From positions 18,369 through 82,368 of the IMG/VR virus record IMGVR_UViG_3300037470_000126: 64,000 nucleotides of DNA, one strand, 5' to 3'. Positions within the stretch are counted from its first letter, which is position 1, and each line of letters opens with the position of its first letter. The notes below the pieces were generated by a model. The model was given only the letters and a program-made list of their open reading frames with translations, made no database searches and had not been told where the DNA came from. Below, in pieces: positions 53,617 through 62,840 of this stretch. The position numbers and the translations under genes were made by a program. The DNA comes from a virus. Taxonomy: Duplodnaviria; Caudoviricetes.

Positions 53617-54582
53617 TCAGCTCTTGAGCCGCTCCGCCAGCTTGTCCGCTACCACGTCGGCGAGGTCGTCACCGAGCCTCTCCACGATCTTCTCCGCGAG
53701 AGCGTCCAGGTCCACCGTCGGCGTGCTCAGGCCGGCTACCGACTTCTCCAGGCCTCGCACCCGAGCCAGAGTCTCGCGGCCTGCACGGACGATCGTATAG
53801 ACCGCGTACTTGACCGTCCAGAACTTGTTGCCGTTGTGCCAGTCCTTGTTCTCGTACGGCTCCGGCTGCGCGGGGATCAGGTCCGCATACCAGATATCGT
53901 GGATGTCGTCCTTGGTCAGCGCCACGGCGCCTCCTGTGTCTGCTAGGTCCTCGCCCTTGGCATATGCGAGGATCTTGTCCATGCGGAGATTGCCCGGGTC
54001 CCCGTGAGAGTTCTCCGGGACATGCTGGTGGCCACACCATCCGTAGAAGGCCAGCCACTCACTTCCCGTCAGCCGCGACGAGGTCGCACCGTACGACGAG
54101 GGATTGGCCTTCCACTGCGACTGAGGAAGGGTGTGGAGCTTGACCTTGTGCTGGTCGTGAGCCCACTTGACGAACTTGCCGACCTCGGCAAGAGCCCAGT
54201 CCGGTGCGTCCGGCCAGAAGATGTAATCCACGCCGGCACGCTTGTTGCCCCATGAGGTCTTGTACTTGGGGTCACACGTGCCGACCAGTTCGACCTGGAC
54301 GGCGTTCATGGTGTTGGTCTCGACACCGCCCGACTTGTTGACCAGGGCCCGCGAGGACCGGTCAAAGTCGAAGTGTTGATACCACACCAGCCGGTGGTTC
54401 TTCATGTCCGGCAGAGCCGTGAAGTTCGGAGCCGATGCACCGCCACCGTACGAGGGAACAGACGTGCCCTCAGTCGTGTGCAGTACGCCGACGTTCGACT
54501 CCATGCGGTCGCCGCCGTATGTCTTCTGGAACCAGTAGGCTGTACTGGCTCCCGGATACTTCTGGGGTCCGCTGTAGACCAT
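53617..54582 (-). CDS. Endolysin, N-acetylmuramoyl-L-alanine amidase
   Basis: VLHTTEG, VQVELVG, GHQHVPENSHGDPG. Confidence 0.88.
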   Translation of the reverse strand: MVYSGPQKYPGASTAYWFQKTYGGDRMESNVGVLHTTEGTSVPSYGGGASAPNFTALPDMKNHRLVWYQHFDFDRSSRALVNKSGGVETNTMNAVQVELVGTCDPKYKTSWGNKRAGVDYIFWPDAPDWALAEVGKFVKWAHDQHKVKLHTLPQSQWKANPSSYGATSSRLTGSEWLAFYGWCGHQHVPENSHGDPGNLRMDKILAYAKGEDLADTGGAVALTKDDIHDIWYADLIPAQPEPYENKDWHNGNKFWTVKYAVYTIVRAGRETLARVRGLEKSVAGLSTPTVDLDALAEKIVERLGDDLADVVADKLAERLKS

Positions 54583-54842
54583 CAGGCCCCCTGTGTATTC
54601 TGAGGAGCGTTCGGGTCCTGAGCCCGTGCCAGTGAGGCATTCGCCCAGAACATGGCCTCCTCCAGCTTGGTGATCGCCAGGGACAGTTCACGCCCGTGGG
54701 GGAGGTTGCCGGCGAAGGACATAGCCAGACGCTCGCACGATTGGCGGACGTACTCGTGTCCCTTCTTCCTCTCCTCACTCTGTGGCGGGTGGTAGGTGAA
54801 TCGGTTGTGGACCTCGTCCGGGGTGAATCCAGGGGCGCTCAT
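54582..54842 (-). CDS. Small helical-hairpin protein, Acb2/Tad1-like candidate
   Basis: NRFTYHPP...GRELSLAITKLEEAMFWANASLAR. Confidence 0.6.
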   Translation of the reverse strand: MSAPGFTPDEVHNRFTYHPPQSEERKKGHEYVRQSCERLAMSFAGNLPHGRELSLAITKLEEAMFWANASLARAQDPNAPQNTQGA

Positions 54843-54850
54843 GTCTCTCC

Positions 54851-55279
54851 TTAGTAGTCCCAGGTCATGCCGACGAACTGACAGTGGCCGACCTCGACCG
54901 GCTCGTGGTGATCGTGCCAGACACGAACCCCGACAGGCTGACCGGCTCGTCCGAGAAACGGCCACATGGTTGTGTTCCAGCTCTTGCCGGGTGTGGCAAG
55001 GCTGTCATCCGCTCCGGTGTCATCCGGCGCCCCATACGGGTCACGGCAGAATTGCTCCATGAACTGGCGCGGCCTGTCGTCTCCCTCAGGGATGACATAC
55101 CCGTTCCATCGGACATTCCTGGCCCAGATGAAATCCCCATTCTTCGGGGGAGTAATCAGGGTCAGATCCGGGCTCATGTTGTGGTCGTTGCGGAGAGCCT
55201 TGTCAAACTCCAGAACAGTCCACGTCTTGGGCTGGATGACCTGCGGGGTATTCCGGTACAGCTTGCACTGAGTGGCCAC
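54851..55279 (-). CDS. Hypothetical beta-rich protein
   Basis: AAGGAGG RBS; part of the leftward operon. Confidence 0.7.
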   Translation of the reverse strand: MATQCKLYRNTPQVIQPKTWTVLEFDKALRNDHNMSPDLTLITPPKNGDFIWARNVRWNGYVIPEGDDRPRQFMEQFCRDPYGAPDDTGADDSLATPGKSWNTTMWPFLGRAGQPVGVRVWHDHHEPVEVGHCQFVGMTWDY

Positions 55280-55295
55280 TCAGCCTCCTTGTTTC

Positions 55296-55967
55296 CTACA
55301 GGCTGTGAAGGAACCGAGCCTTCGCCAGATTCCCGATAGCGTCTGCCAGAGCATTGTGCTCCTTGCCCTTTTGCTTCGGCATCTCAGGGTTATCCAGACG
55401 CATGGCTTCCGACTTGAGGTCGTGGGTCAGCATTGGGATATGTGCCGGCAGGTAGATCATGGGCCCCCAGCACTGAGCCAGACGGACGTGATCATACGCC
55501 CCGTACCAAGCCCACATCTGGATATTGTCGCGGTGGAAATCGTCTTCTCCCACACCCACCGGGTGTGATGCTTCCAGGAAGTCCGAGACCAGCCGGCGGA
55601 TCTGTCCCATCGGCCTGACATCCGGATGGTCCTTGTCCAGCCTGCCGTTCATGCAGTGGCACGCGAACTCTCGCTCCGTGCCTTCCACAGGCATACACCG
55701 GCACTTCTTCTCCGGCTCGTTAGGGTAACGTCCATACCCTCGCGGCTCGGGAAGATCGGACAGGGGCAGGTGCGGCCAGACGTTCTTCCGCATCCAGTCA
55801 TGAGCCAGAAGCTTCTTCTGGTCCATCTCCCGGTTCACGACGTACAGAGTCCGACCGTCGCCAGAAGCCATGCCGAGCGACACCAGGTCAATTTTGGTGC
55901 CGTCGTCAATGAACTCCAGGTCGTAGGTCACGAACTCCTGGTCCCACGGCTTCAGTAGGGTGGGCAT
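55296..55967 (-). CDS. 3'-5' exoribonuclease (DEDDh, RNase AS/Rv2179c-like)
   Basis: YDLEF, AWYGAYDHV, HNALADA. Confidence 0.82.
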   Translation of the reverse strand: MPTLLKPWDQEFVTYDLEFIDDGTKIDLVSLGMASGDGRTLYVVNREMDQKKLLAHDWMRKNVWPHLPLSDLPEPRGYGRYPNEPEKKCRCMPVEGTEREFACHCMNGRLDKDHPDVRPMGQIRRLVSDFLEASHPVGVGEDDFHRDNIQMWAWYGAYDHVRLAQCWGPMIYLPAHIPMLTHDLKSEAMRLDNPEMPKQKGKEHNALADAIGNLAKARFLHSL

Positions 55968-56015
55968 TCTAGCTCCTCACTCTCCGTTACAGTCTCTCGC
56001 TCTTACCACAGTCTG

Positions 56016-56210
56016 TCAAGCTGTGGCAGCTTCGGCCCACGGGAGAGGCCGAGTACGGGGCAGACTGTCCTCCCAGAACACAGCCTGGACCGGCACGCTC
56101 ATGCGCGGTGCAGCCTTGGCCTGGTTCCAGTACCGGTCATCTTCCACACCCAGCGCGATCCATCCGGCCAGCCCTATCAGGAGCATTACCAGGAGGAAAA
56201 TCTCCACCAT
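56016..56210 (-). CDS. Small membrane protein
   Basis: N-terminal hydrophobic helix. Confidence 0.6.
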   Translation of the reverse strand: MVEIFLLVMLLIGLAGWIALGVEDDRYWNQAKAAPRMSVPVQAVFWEDSLPRTRPLPWAEAATA

Positions 56211-56232
56211 CTCAGCCTCTCCCTGTTCCGTG

Positions 56233-56436
56233 TTACTTGTTCTCGGTCTGGACAGTAACCGACTGGCTCTTGTCCTTCTTATCTGCCTGGTCGTCACACG
56301 AGACGCCGCCCGCAAGGACAGCTCCGACGACAACACCCGCGACGAATACCGCGGACTTACTGATAGGTCCACCGCTGGTTGGCTCAGCAGTGGCGGTCGT
56401 GTACCGCACGTTAGTGACCTCTATCGGCTTACCCAC
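56233..56436 (-). CDS. Small membrane/lipoprotein-like protein
   Basis: Hydrophobic segment ending GVSC. Confidence 0.6.
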   Translation of the reverse strand: MGKPIEVTNVRYTTATAEPTSGGPISKSAVFVAGVVVGAVLAGGVSCDDQADKKDKSQSVTVQTENK

Positions 56437-56483
56437 TGTGATCTCCCTCGGTTCTCAGTGTGTCCTCTCGGACAGTCTAGCGC

Positions 56484-56717
56484 TTACTCTGCGGGATGAA
56501 CACGCCGCCTCGATAGAACTTCCCGAGCGGAGTCATACAGGCGCTTCATACCTCGACACACGCCCATCACCGCGGCACAGGCGATCATGAACCAGAAGAT
56601 CAGACCTCCCACGAAGATGAGTATGGCAGCGCCGAGGGCGAGATCCGAACTCACGCCAGTTCCTTCCGTGTATTCATAGATGGTAAAGAAGACCATGAGC
56701 AGGTCCCAGGCATTCAC
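56484..56717 (-). CDS. Small membrane protein
   Basis: Hydrophobic central segment. Confidence 0.6.
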   Translation of the reverse strand: MNAWDLLMVFFTIYEYTEGTGVSSDLALGAAILIFVGGLIFWFMIACAAVMGVCRGMKRLYDSAREVLSRRRVHPAE

Positions 56718-56755
56718 AGTGGGTTACGCTTACTTCCTAGCCACTGACTTACTGG

Positions 56756-57247
56756 TCAGTAGCCCTTTGGGTTCGGGCAGTTGTATTCGACGTGGGGCCA
56801 CTTGTCGGCCTTCACAGTGCCGCCGGTGTAGATAGCGGCGGACTTCTCGTCACGGACCCAGCGGCCCTTACAGATGTACGTCTTATCCGCGTCATCACCA
56901 AGGATCATGATGCTGTACTCCGGCTGGTCGCTGTCCGAGTTGAGGACGTCATCCACGTACCGCTTGATCGCCTTACGGGCGTTGTCCTCGTTCGGATCCT
57001 CCAGCACCAGCTCCGCTCGGTTGTTCGTCTCGCGGATGATCGTGTACTGGACAGGCTTCTCTTCCACCTTGTCCTCCAGCTTCTCTTGTGGGGTCGGCTT
57101 CGTTTCGCTCACCCCGGCAGGTGTGGTACTCTCCGGTGGATCATCGAATCCCCCGGCCAACCCGATGATGACAAACAGAGCGCCACCGCCGGCACACCCG
57201 AGTTTAGCCGGAACGCTCAAGCTGTTCCACTTCTTCTTGATGTCCAT
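56756..57247 (-). CDS. Membrane-anchored exported protein
   Basis: N-terminal TM, Pro/Thr linker, globular domain with two Cys. Confidence 0.75.
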   Translation of the reverse strand: MDIKKKWNSLSVPAKLGCAGGGALFVIIGLAGGFDDPPESTTPAGVSETKPTPQEKLEDKVEEKPVQYTIIRETNNRAELVLEDPNEDNARKAIKRYVDDVLNSDSDQPEYSIMILGDDADKTYICKGRWVRDEKSAAIYTGGTVKADKWPHVEYNCPNPKGY

Positions 57248-57281
57248 CTCTTCCTCCAGGTATCTTACAGATCATGCCTTG

Positions 57282-57302
57282 ACTCTACAGGCAGGTTTGC
57301 GG
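57282..57302 (-). promoter_or_regulatory. Class-2 promoter CCGCAAA-N8-TAGAGT
   Basis: Same box and spacing, intergenic. Confidence 0.65.
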
Positions 57303-57511
57303 TTTCACTGTGCGCCTTACATGCCGAGAGCTCCACCCATCTTTCCCGAGTGGAGCTCTCAGCATATCAGGTCGCTACTTGTTTCCCAAGAGGTGCTCCA
57401 TAGTTGCGTGCTTAGCCTCAGCTACGGAGCCCGTAGACCAAGCCACGAACACGAACCAGGCTGCGGCCCATGGCGAGTCGCCAGCCTGACGGAAAAGTCG
57501 GTACAACTCCA

Positions 57512-58000
57512 TCACTCACCATCCCAGCGAACGTCTCGGATGTCGTGGAACATGACCGCGTTCCCCAGGATCGGCGACTGCACCCGAGCACGAGGGTAAG
57601 CACGGTACCGCTGGAGGTCAAACTCACACCGGACGGACTTCTCGTACTCACGGTACTTGATTGGCCACCTGTCTACGAACCAGCGGGCGAACCAGTGGTG
57701 CCCGTTCTGGAACTTCCACATCTGCCAGGTACTCCGGGGTTCCTGCACCTTGATCATGGTGGACTGGGTCACACGCTCGGGCGGCAGGTCGTCGGTCAGG
57801 AGCTTGGTGACCATCTGCACCGTGATCTGATCACAGAGGAAGTCGTACGAACCAGCCGGCCCGACCCGGAACTCCATCTCCGCCATGATGCCAGCGTCTA
57901 CAGCCATCGCCTGGGCAAACCTCTTGAACTCCAGGACATGACGCTCGGATACGAGGTCTTCAGGCCCCATCTTCCACACCCTCCTCCGGCTCATCGTCAA
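57512..58000 (-). CDS. Hypothetical protein
   Basis: Overlapping operon structure. Confidence 0.65.
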   Translation of the reverse strand: MTMSRRRVWKMGPEDLVSERHVLEFKRFAQAMAVDAGIMAEMEFRVGPAGSYDFLCDQITVQMVTKLLTDDLPPERVTQSTMIKVQEPRSTWQMWKFQNGHHWFARWFVDRWPIKYREYEKSVRCEFDLQRYRAYPRARVQSPILGNAVMFHDIRDVRWDGE

Positions 58001-58493
58001 TCGGATCCCACGTTGCTAGCGGGTCTCGATCCTTGGTTGCCCAGACAACAGCCGGGCAGGGGTAGACTTGGTAGCACTCGACACATACGCCGTGTGTACC
58101 GCCGTGCTCATCCACGTCCTTCTTGTGCGCCTCGGCGATACGCGAGAGACGCGCCTCAGGCGTGCTCAGGGCTACGTCAGGCATGAGCGAGAACAGAGAC
58201 TCAGCACTGGACAGGCTCATCACCGCATACGCCGTACGGGACAGCATGACGATCCAGTCCCCCGGCTCGACCTTCTGTCCCCCACCCTTGAAGTCGCGGA
58301 GGATGAGCTCCTGCTGGTCGTTGTACCCGAGGATCCCCCGTCCGAAGATGAACGACTCCGTGACGTTAGGCCCACCCGGGACACCCCACTGGATGGCCGC
58401 ATACGTCTTGCCGGCGAACGTCACCGACTTGATGTGGTTCTCCAGCGCGCTGACCGAGAGCATGGAGAACGGTCCGGCACCCTCAGACATCAT
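57960..58493 (-). CDS. Hypothetical multi-module protein with C-terminal H/C zinc motif
   Basis: VEPGDWIV; H..C.EC...YPC. Confidence 0.65.
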   Translation of the reverse strand: MMSEGAGPFSMLSVSALENHIKSVTFAGKTYAAIQWGVPGGPNVTESFIFGRGILGYNDQQELILRDFKGGGQKVEPGDWIVMLSRTAYAVMSLSSAESLFSLMPDVALSTPEARLSRIAEAHKKDVDEHGGTHGVCVECYQVYPCPAVVWATKDRDPLATWDPIDDEPEEGVEDGA

Positions 58494-59241
58494 AATCCCC
58501 CCGGGCCTGCGGGGGGATGGACGAGATGCCATGAACCTTGCTCATGTGCTCAGCCAGCGCGTGGCGCGGCATACGTCCGCCGCATCCGCCTTGGAGCGGC
58601 GAGCACTCCACCAGCTCTTCCCTGTCGTACCCCTCGTCCTCAGCCGGCTCCTGTGGGGAGTAGGCGTCGGTCAGGTTCTCCCCGTCCGTGCTCATCAGGC
58701 AGTTACACCCAGTAGACGAGCAACGGAGACCCAGGTGGGGCGTACACCCACAGCCGGCACACCGGCCCCGCACAACCTCGAACCCTTCGCCGGGTTCCGT
58801 GCGCAGCCAGCCGTCGCGGGCCAGTTGCACCAGCGCGTGGGCGAGGAAGTTCCGGCCGTGCGGGTCCCGGGCCCACGCGTCGAGTGCGCTGGCCCCGTCG
58901 GTCGCGGAGTCGAGGGCGCCGGGCGGGAGACCCTCGGCGGACGGGGGGACGAACGCGGCGGTCTGGTTGGTCATGGTGTGCTCCTTGATCGGTGAGAATC
59001 GGGTGGGCCGGCCGCCCCGCGGGTCGAACGCGGCGCCTTTCATGAACTGGAGGAGGAAGATCTCGCGGCAGTCCTCGCACAGGTCAAAGACCGGCCCGTC
59101 AGACTGGACGTTCTCCGGCCTCATGCACGGCGATACCGCAACACGGGACCAGGCAACTAGCTCCTGGCTGACCGCCTGATAGCTCCCCTCCGGAATGTCC
59201 TGTTCCCCGCCACATCGGTTACACCTCATGATCCGAGACAT
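58483..59241 (-). CDS. Hypothetical Cys-rich multi-module protein
   Basis: CNRC, DLCEDC, CAGC..H..C.C, C..C...H..H motifs. Confidence 0.7.
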   Translation of the reverse strand: MSRIMRCNRCGGEQDIPEGSYQAVSQELVAWSRVAVSPCMRPENVQSDGPVFDLCEDCREIFLLQFMKGAAFDPRGGRPTRFSPIKEHTMTNQTAAFVPPSAEGLPPGALDSATDGASALDAWARDPHGRNFLAHALVQLARDGWLRTEPGEGFEVVRGRCAGCGCTPHLGLRCSSTGCNCLMSTDGENLTDAYSPQEPAEDEGYDREELVECSPLQGGCGGRMPRHALAEHMSKVHGISSIPPQARGDYDV

Positions 59242-59276
59242 ACCCTCGGTTCCTTTCGTCGGTTACTGACAGGATT

Positions 59277-59297
59277 ACGCTAGCCCATTGCTTGCGG
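59277..59297 (-). promoter_or_regulatory. Class-2 promoter CCGCAAG-N8-TAGCGT
   Basis: One mismatch to the box, identical spacing. Confidence 0.55.
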
Positions 59298-59299
59298 CA

Positions 59300-59947
59300 T
59301 CACACTCGGCGCAGGAACGAAAAGCCAATGCCCTCATTTCCATTCACGCACGTCTGGAGAGCGATATCCGCACCCTTCCCGTTCTCGGGAAACATCTTGT
59401 TGGATGAAAACCCGTTGTCATACACACGGTATGTGCCGGCAAGCTTTCCGCTGGAGATCACAACCTGCCGGCCCACCGGCAAGTCATCCATCCAGTACCA
59501 CCCCTTGTAGTCGTGGCCTCCGAGCGTTGTTACACCTGCGGGATAGTACAGGACTAGACCCCCCTTGTCAATACACGGCTGAGCTTCACTCGCAGACGCA
59601 CCGCAGTACGTGTATCCCGAGATGTACGTCACGCGCTCTGTCGTCGTTCGCTTCTCACGAGAAGCACCGTTAGGAGCGCTAGATGACTCGCTAGGCGTCG
59701 GTGACACGCTCTCGCGTGTCTCGCTTCGCTCTCGCTCTGCCGGGCTCTTAGAAGCGCTCTCAGAGCTTTTCACCGGCGAGGGCGTCACGACAGGTGCGGT
59801 GCCCTCAGTCGGGAGGGTCTGTCCCACACCCACCGGTCGTGTGTCTTCTGTCGAGGGCGCCGAGATGAACGGGTTAACGATCGGCACCACCGTCAGAGCT
59901 ACCCCGCCGGCAATCCCCGCCAGCACAATCCGTACAGACTTCCTCAT
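59300..59947 (-). CDS. Membrane-anchored sortase-like protein
   Basis: TM, S/T/P linker, LGGHDY...L.VG..V...Y.V...IALQTC. Confidence 0.55.
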   Translation of the reverse strand: MRKSVRIVLAGIAGGVALTVVPIVNPFISAPSTEDTRPVGVGQTLPTEGTAPVVTPSPVKSSESASKSPAERERSETRESVSPTPSESSSAPNGASREKRTTTERVTYISGYTYCGASASEAQPCIDKGGLVLYYPAGVTTLGGHDYKGWYWMDDLPVGRQVVISSGKLAGTYRVYDNGFSSNKMFPENGKGADIALQTCVNGNEGIGFSFLRRV

Positions 59948-60004
59948 GACCTGCTCCTCCTTGAGTACCGAGCGAGGCGAGAACGGATGAACCGCCTCGC
60001 CTCG

Positions 60005-60033
60005 ACTCTACACCCGCCGGCTCACCCGGTCAA
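60005..60033 (-). promoter_or_regulatory. Sigma70-type promoter
   Basis: TTGACC-17-TAGAGT. Confidence 0.65.
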
Positions 60034-60039
60034 GGTGGG

Positions 60040-60504
60040 TCAGTCGTTCGCTGCCAGCCACTCGTCCCGGCTGACGTTGACCATGGAACAGTCGGCCTTG
60101 CCGATCTCTACGCCCTTCAGGTCCTCGCTCGTGAACAGGCCCCCGAAGTTCTGGGAGCTGGACTTACCGGGAGCCAGGTTCTCGACCGAGGCCAGGAGCT
60201 CACCGATCTTGTTGCCGTCAGACGATAGGAGCTCACCCTCGACCAGGTAGTTGGCCCGCTTCTCGCCGTTGTTCGTGATCTCGACACGAGCGGAGAGGTC
60301 CTTGCCGAGGAACTCCTCTTCCGTGACCTCGCACTTGGTGATCTTGACGTCCTGGTCGGCTGCCCTCTTGTCGTCCGCCTCATCGGCCTTGATCGACTTG
60401 TCAACCTCGTTCACGGCCGCCCCGACCATGAGGGTACAGCCGCCGAAGAGGAGAACACAGCCACCGGCGATGGATCCCAAGACGATCTTGGTGGACTTCT
60501 TCAT
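60040..60504 (-). CDS. Exported Ig-like (FxLYD-type) protein
   Basis: N-terminal TM with GGC; VEITNNG...Y.V.GELL..DG...NLAPG. Confidence 0.65.
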   Translation of the reverse strand: MKKSTKIVLGSIAGGCVLLFGGCTLMVGAAVNEVDKSIKADEADDKRAADQDVKITKCEVTEEEFLGKDLSARVEITNNGEKRANYLVEGELLSSDGNKIGELLASVENLAPGKSSSQNFGGLFTSEDLKGVEIGKADCSMVNVSRDEWLAAND

Positions 60505-60597
60505 GGTATGGACTCACTCTCGTGTAAGGGTCTTTTCACTTCCCCATGCCCGACACTCAGAGAGTGCCGGGCTGGGTGATGTGGGTGCCGCCGTAGG

Positions 60598-61194
60598 TCA
60601 GTTCTTGATCTTGGACGGACCCATCGGTGTGGCGTTCTTGTACTGCGGGGGGTCCATCGGCTGGTCGTACAGGAAGTACGACTGGTTGGTGCCGACCGTG
60701 AACTCCAGGTAGGCGCCGGACTCAGCGTCCATGCCGTAGTAGGAATTGCACTGGGTGCCGGAGTAGTAGGCGCCGTCCATGCCGGGAGCCGGCACCTTCA
60801 TCTTGCCGTTGTTGCCGCCCAGGTCCTGCTGGGTCAGCTTGTACGTGGGGGTGATGGAAGCGCAGTACGAGACGGGGAGACCCTTGAGGATGTAGTACCC
60901 GTACTCTCCGTTGGCGTTCTGGATGTAAACGTAGGACTTCTTCCCCGGCTTCTTCATCCAGGTGTCGATCCACGCATTGATGGTCTCGCGGGTCGGCGAG
61001 TACGAACCCGAGTGCGCCGGCTGGTTGGCGGCCAGTCGGGCATACTGGTCCTGCTGAGACTTGCTCTCCTTGCCGGTAGCCTTGCTACCCGGGGAGTCGT
61101 CCTCACACGCGCCGGCGGTGATGCTCAGTCCTACGACCAGGACAGCGGGCAGTACACCCAGGCGGATGACCTGCTTACGGGTGGGCTTGTTCAC
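60598..61194 (-). CDS. Lipoprotein
   Basis: Signal peptide ending TAGAC; GTG start after GTGAGGA. Confidence 0.72.
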   Translation of the reverse strand: MNKPTRKQVIRLGVLPAVLVVGLSITAGACEDDSPGSKATGKESKSQQDQYARLAANQPAHSGSYSPTRETINAWIDTWMKKPGKKSYVYIQNANGEYGYYILKGLPVSYCASITPTYKLTQQDLGGNNGKMKVPAPGMDGAYYSGTQCNSYYGMDAESGAYLEFTVGTNQSYFLYDQPMDPPQYKNATPMGPSKIKN

Positions 61195-61208
61195 TTGAGT
61201 CCTCACTC

Positions 61209-62084
61209 TTAGGGCGCTACGCGCCCGTTGTCGTTGAACGCCTTGTGGGTGTACGGCATGAGCCCCGCCCACTCGGCTTCCATCTTCCGGGCCACCAGTT
61301 CGATCTCCCACTGGGGTCCGGACTTCACCTTCGCACGCTCGTCTTTGGTCCGCAGGCTCAGGAAGTGCATGAGCGAACGGGCGTTGCACGTTGCGTACAT
61401 GGAAGACAGTACACCAACTGGCAGAGAAAGTCTAGCCACTTCACGAGCAATGCCCGCCGCCAACATTGCCTGGTATGACTCCCATGCCTGGGCGTAGGCC
61501 ACATTGAGTTCGTGCCACACCACCCTGTGCTGGTGCTCAGTGCCCGCCACGTACTCGTAGGCACCAGGCTTGCCGACCTGTACGAGAGGCCGACCCCCGT
61601 CAGGGGCATAGAACTTCTTGTCCAGGATCTTGTACCGCCCGGACTCCTCGTTGTACGACCAGCCAGCGCGGTGACGGTGGAACTCCCGGAACACGAAGAT
61701 TGGGGCCTGGATGAAGAACGTCATGGAGTTGTGCTCGAACGGCGAGCCGTGACGCTCCCTCATGAGGAAGTTGATCAGGCCCTCATTCCGCTCGTTGTCC
61801 TCAGTGACCCGACCCCATCGCTCGAAACCGGCCTGTACCCGATCGCCCTGGGTAGAGACCCTGGCAGCGTGCACCGCGGACGTGTCGTCGCCGGCATGCT
61901 GCACCAGCTCCACGGTCACGTCTGAGACCATGAACTCCTCGGGCGGCTCACCGGTGTATCCGAGGTCATCCAGAGTCAGCTTGCCGTCCTCAGTCGTCAT
62001 CGCCGCTGGGCTCCAGAGTCTCAGCTCCCAGTTCAGGACGGTGTTCTCGTCGTTCTCCTCCGGCTGTTCCGGCTGGTTACTCAT
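61209..62084 (-). CDS. thyX: Flavin-dependent thymidylate synthase
   Basis: HGSPFEH, REFHRHRAGWSYNEESGRY, REVARLSLP, QWEI. Confidence 0.95.
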   Translation of the reverse strand: MSNQPEQPEENDENTVLNWELRLWSPAAMTTEDGKLTLDDLGYTGEPPEEFMVSDVTVELVQHAGDDTSAVHAARVSTQGDRVQAGFERWGRVTEDNERNEGLINFLMRERHGSPFEHNSMTFFIQAPIFVFREFHRHRAGWSYNEESGRYKILDKKFYAPDGGRPLVQVGKPGAYEYVAGTEHQHRVVWHELNVAYAQAWESYQAMLAAGIAREVARLSLPVGVLSSMYATCNARSLMHFLSLRTKDERAKVKSGPQWEIELVARKMEAEWAGLMPYTHKAFNDNGRVAP

Positions 62085-62164
62085 CAGGCCACTCCTCGTC
62101 AGGGTCAGGGTCGATCGTGCTGGGGTGCGGCTCGTCGTGACCAGCCGGCTCTTCTGTGGTCGGC

Positions 62165-62611
62165 TCAGTCGCCACGGCCCACCCTCGACAGGTACTCGGT
62201 CCAGTCGCGGCAGTAGTCCACGTCCTCGTACAGCGTGTCCGCGAGGATCAAGACGACTGTGCCGGGAAGGAAGTGATCCAGCTCTCGCCAGACGCCGGGG
62301 CGCAGGAGGATTCCTTCGGTCTCGCCCTTCTTCCTGGCCAGACCCGACTGGAGGTTCCAAGTACGCCAGGTCACGCCGTTTGAGACGTTCAGAGCGAACC
62401 CACCCGCCAGCGGGATCATGAGCTGGAGTCCGTTGAACGTTGCATGTGCCCCGCGCTTGCCGGCGTCGGCGATGTCATGCAGCCAGTACGTCCGCTTGAT
62501 CTCGAACGGCACCAGCCCGACAGGGCCGCTCTGCGCCATCGTGAGCGAGCCTCGCTCATCGGTGTGGGACGGGAATGAGATCAGCTCCCACGGGAATTCC
62601 TTGATACTCAT
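62165..62611 (-). CDS. FdtA/QdtA (WxcM-like) dTDP-sugar 3,4-ketoisomerase, cupin fold
   Basis: DERGSL, PFEIKRTYW, RGAHA, PGVWREL, YE..DY.RD. Confidence 0.85.
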   Translation of the reverse strand: MSIKEFPWELISFPSHTDERGSLTMAQSGPVGLVPFEIKRTYWLHDIADAGKRGAHATFNGLQLMIPLAGGFALNVSNGVTWRTWNLQSGLARKKGETEGILLRPGVWRELDHFLPGTVVLILADTLYEDVDYCRDWTEYLSRVGRGD

Positions 62612-62754
62612 CCGTTCCACCGATCCGGGATAGAGTCGGCCTGGACGATCGTGACCTCGGGCGTCTCCTCTGCACCGATACACGGGCTGTCCTGGTTGTC
62701 ATCGGTCGACACCTCCAGGTTCTCCGTGCTCGGGTCCTGCGCTCCGCCTCGCAT
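62608..62754 (-). CDS. 48-aa acidic peptide (not in the ORF track)
   Basis: GAAGGA RBS; stop overlaps the start of the isomerase. Confidence 0.4.
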   Translation of the reverse strand: MRGGAQDPSTENLEVSTDDNQDSPCIGAEETPEVTIVQADSIPDRWNG

Positions 62755-62840
62755 AGGCTTTCCTTCCTCTCTTCTACGTCCCCAAGCCCGGAACCCCGAA
62801 GGGAACCAGGCTGGGTACTGCCGGCTGTCTCAGACAGCCA

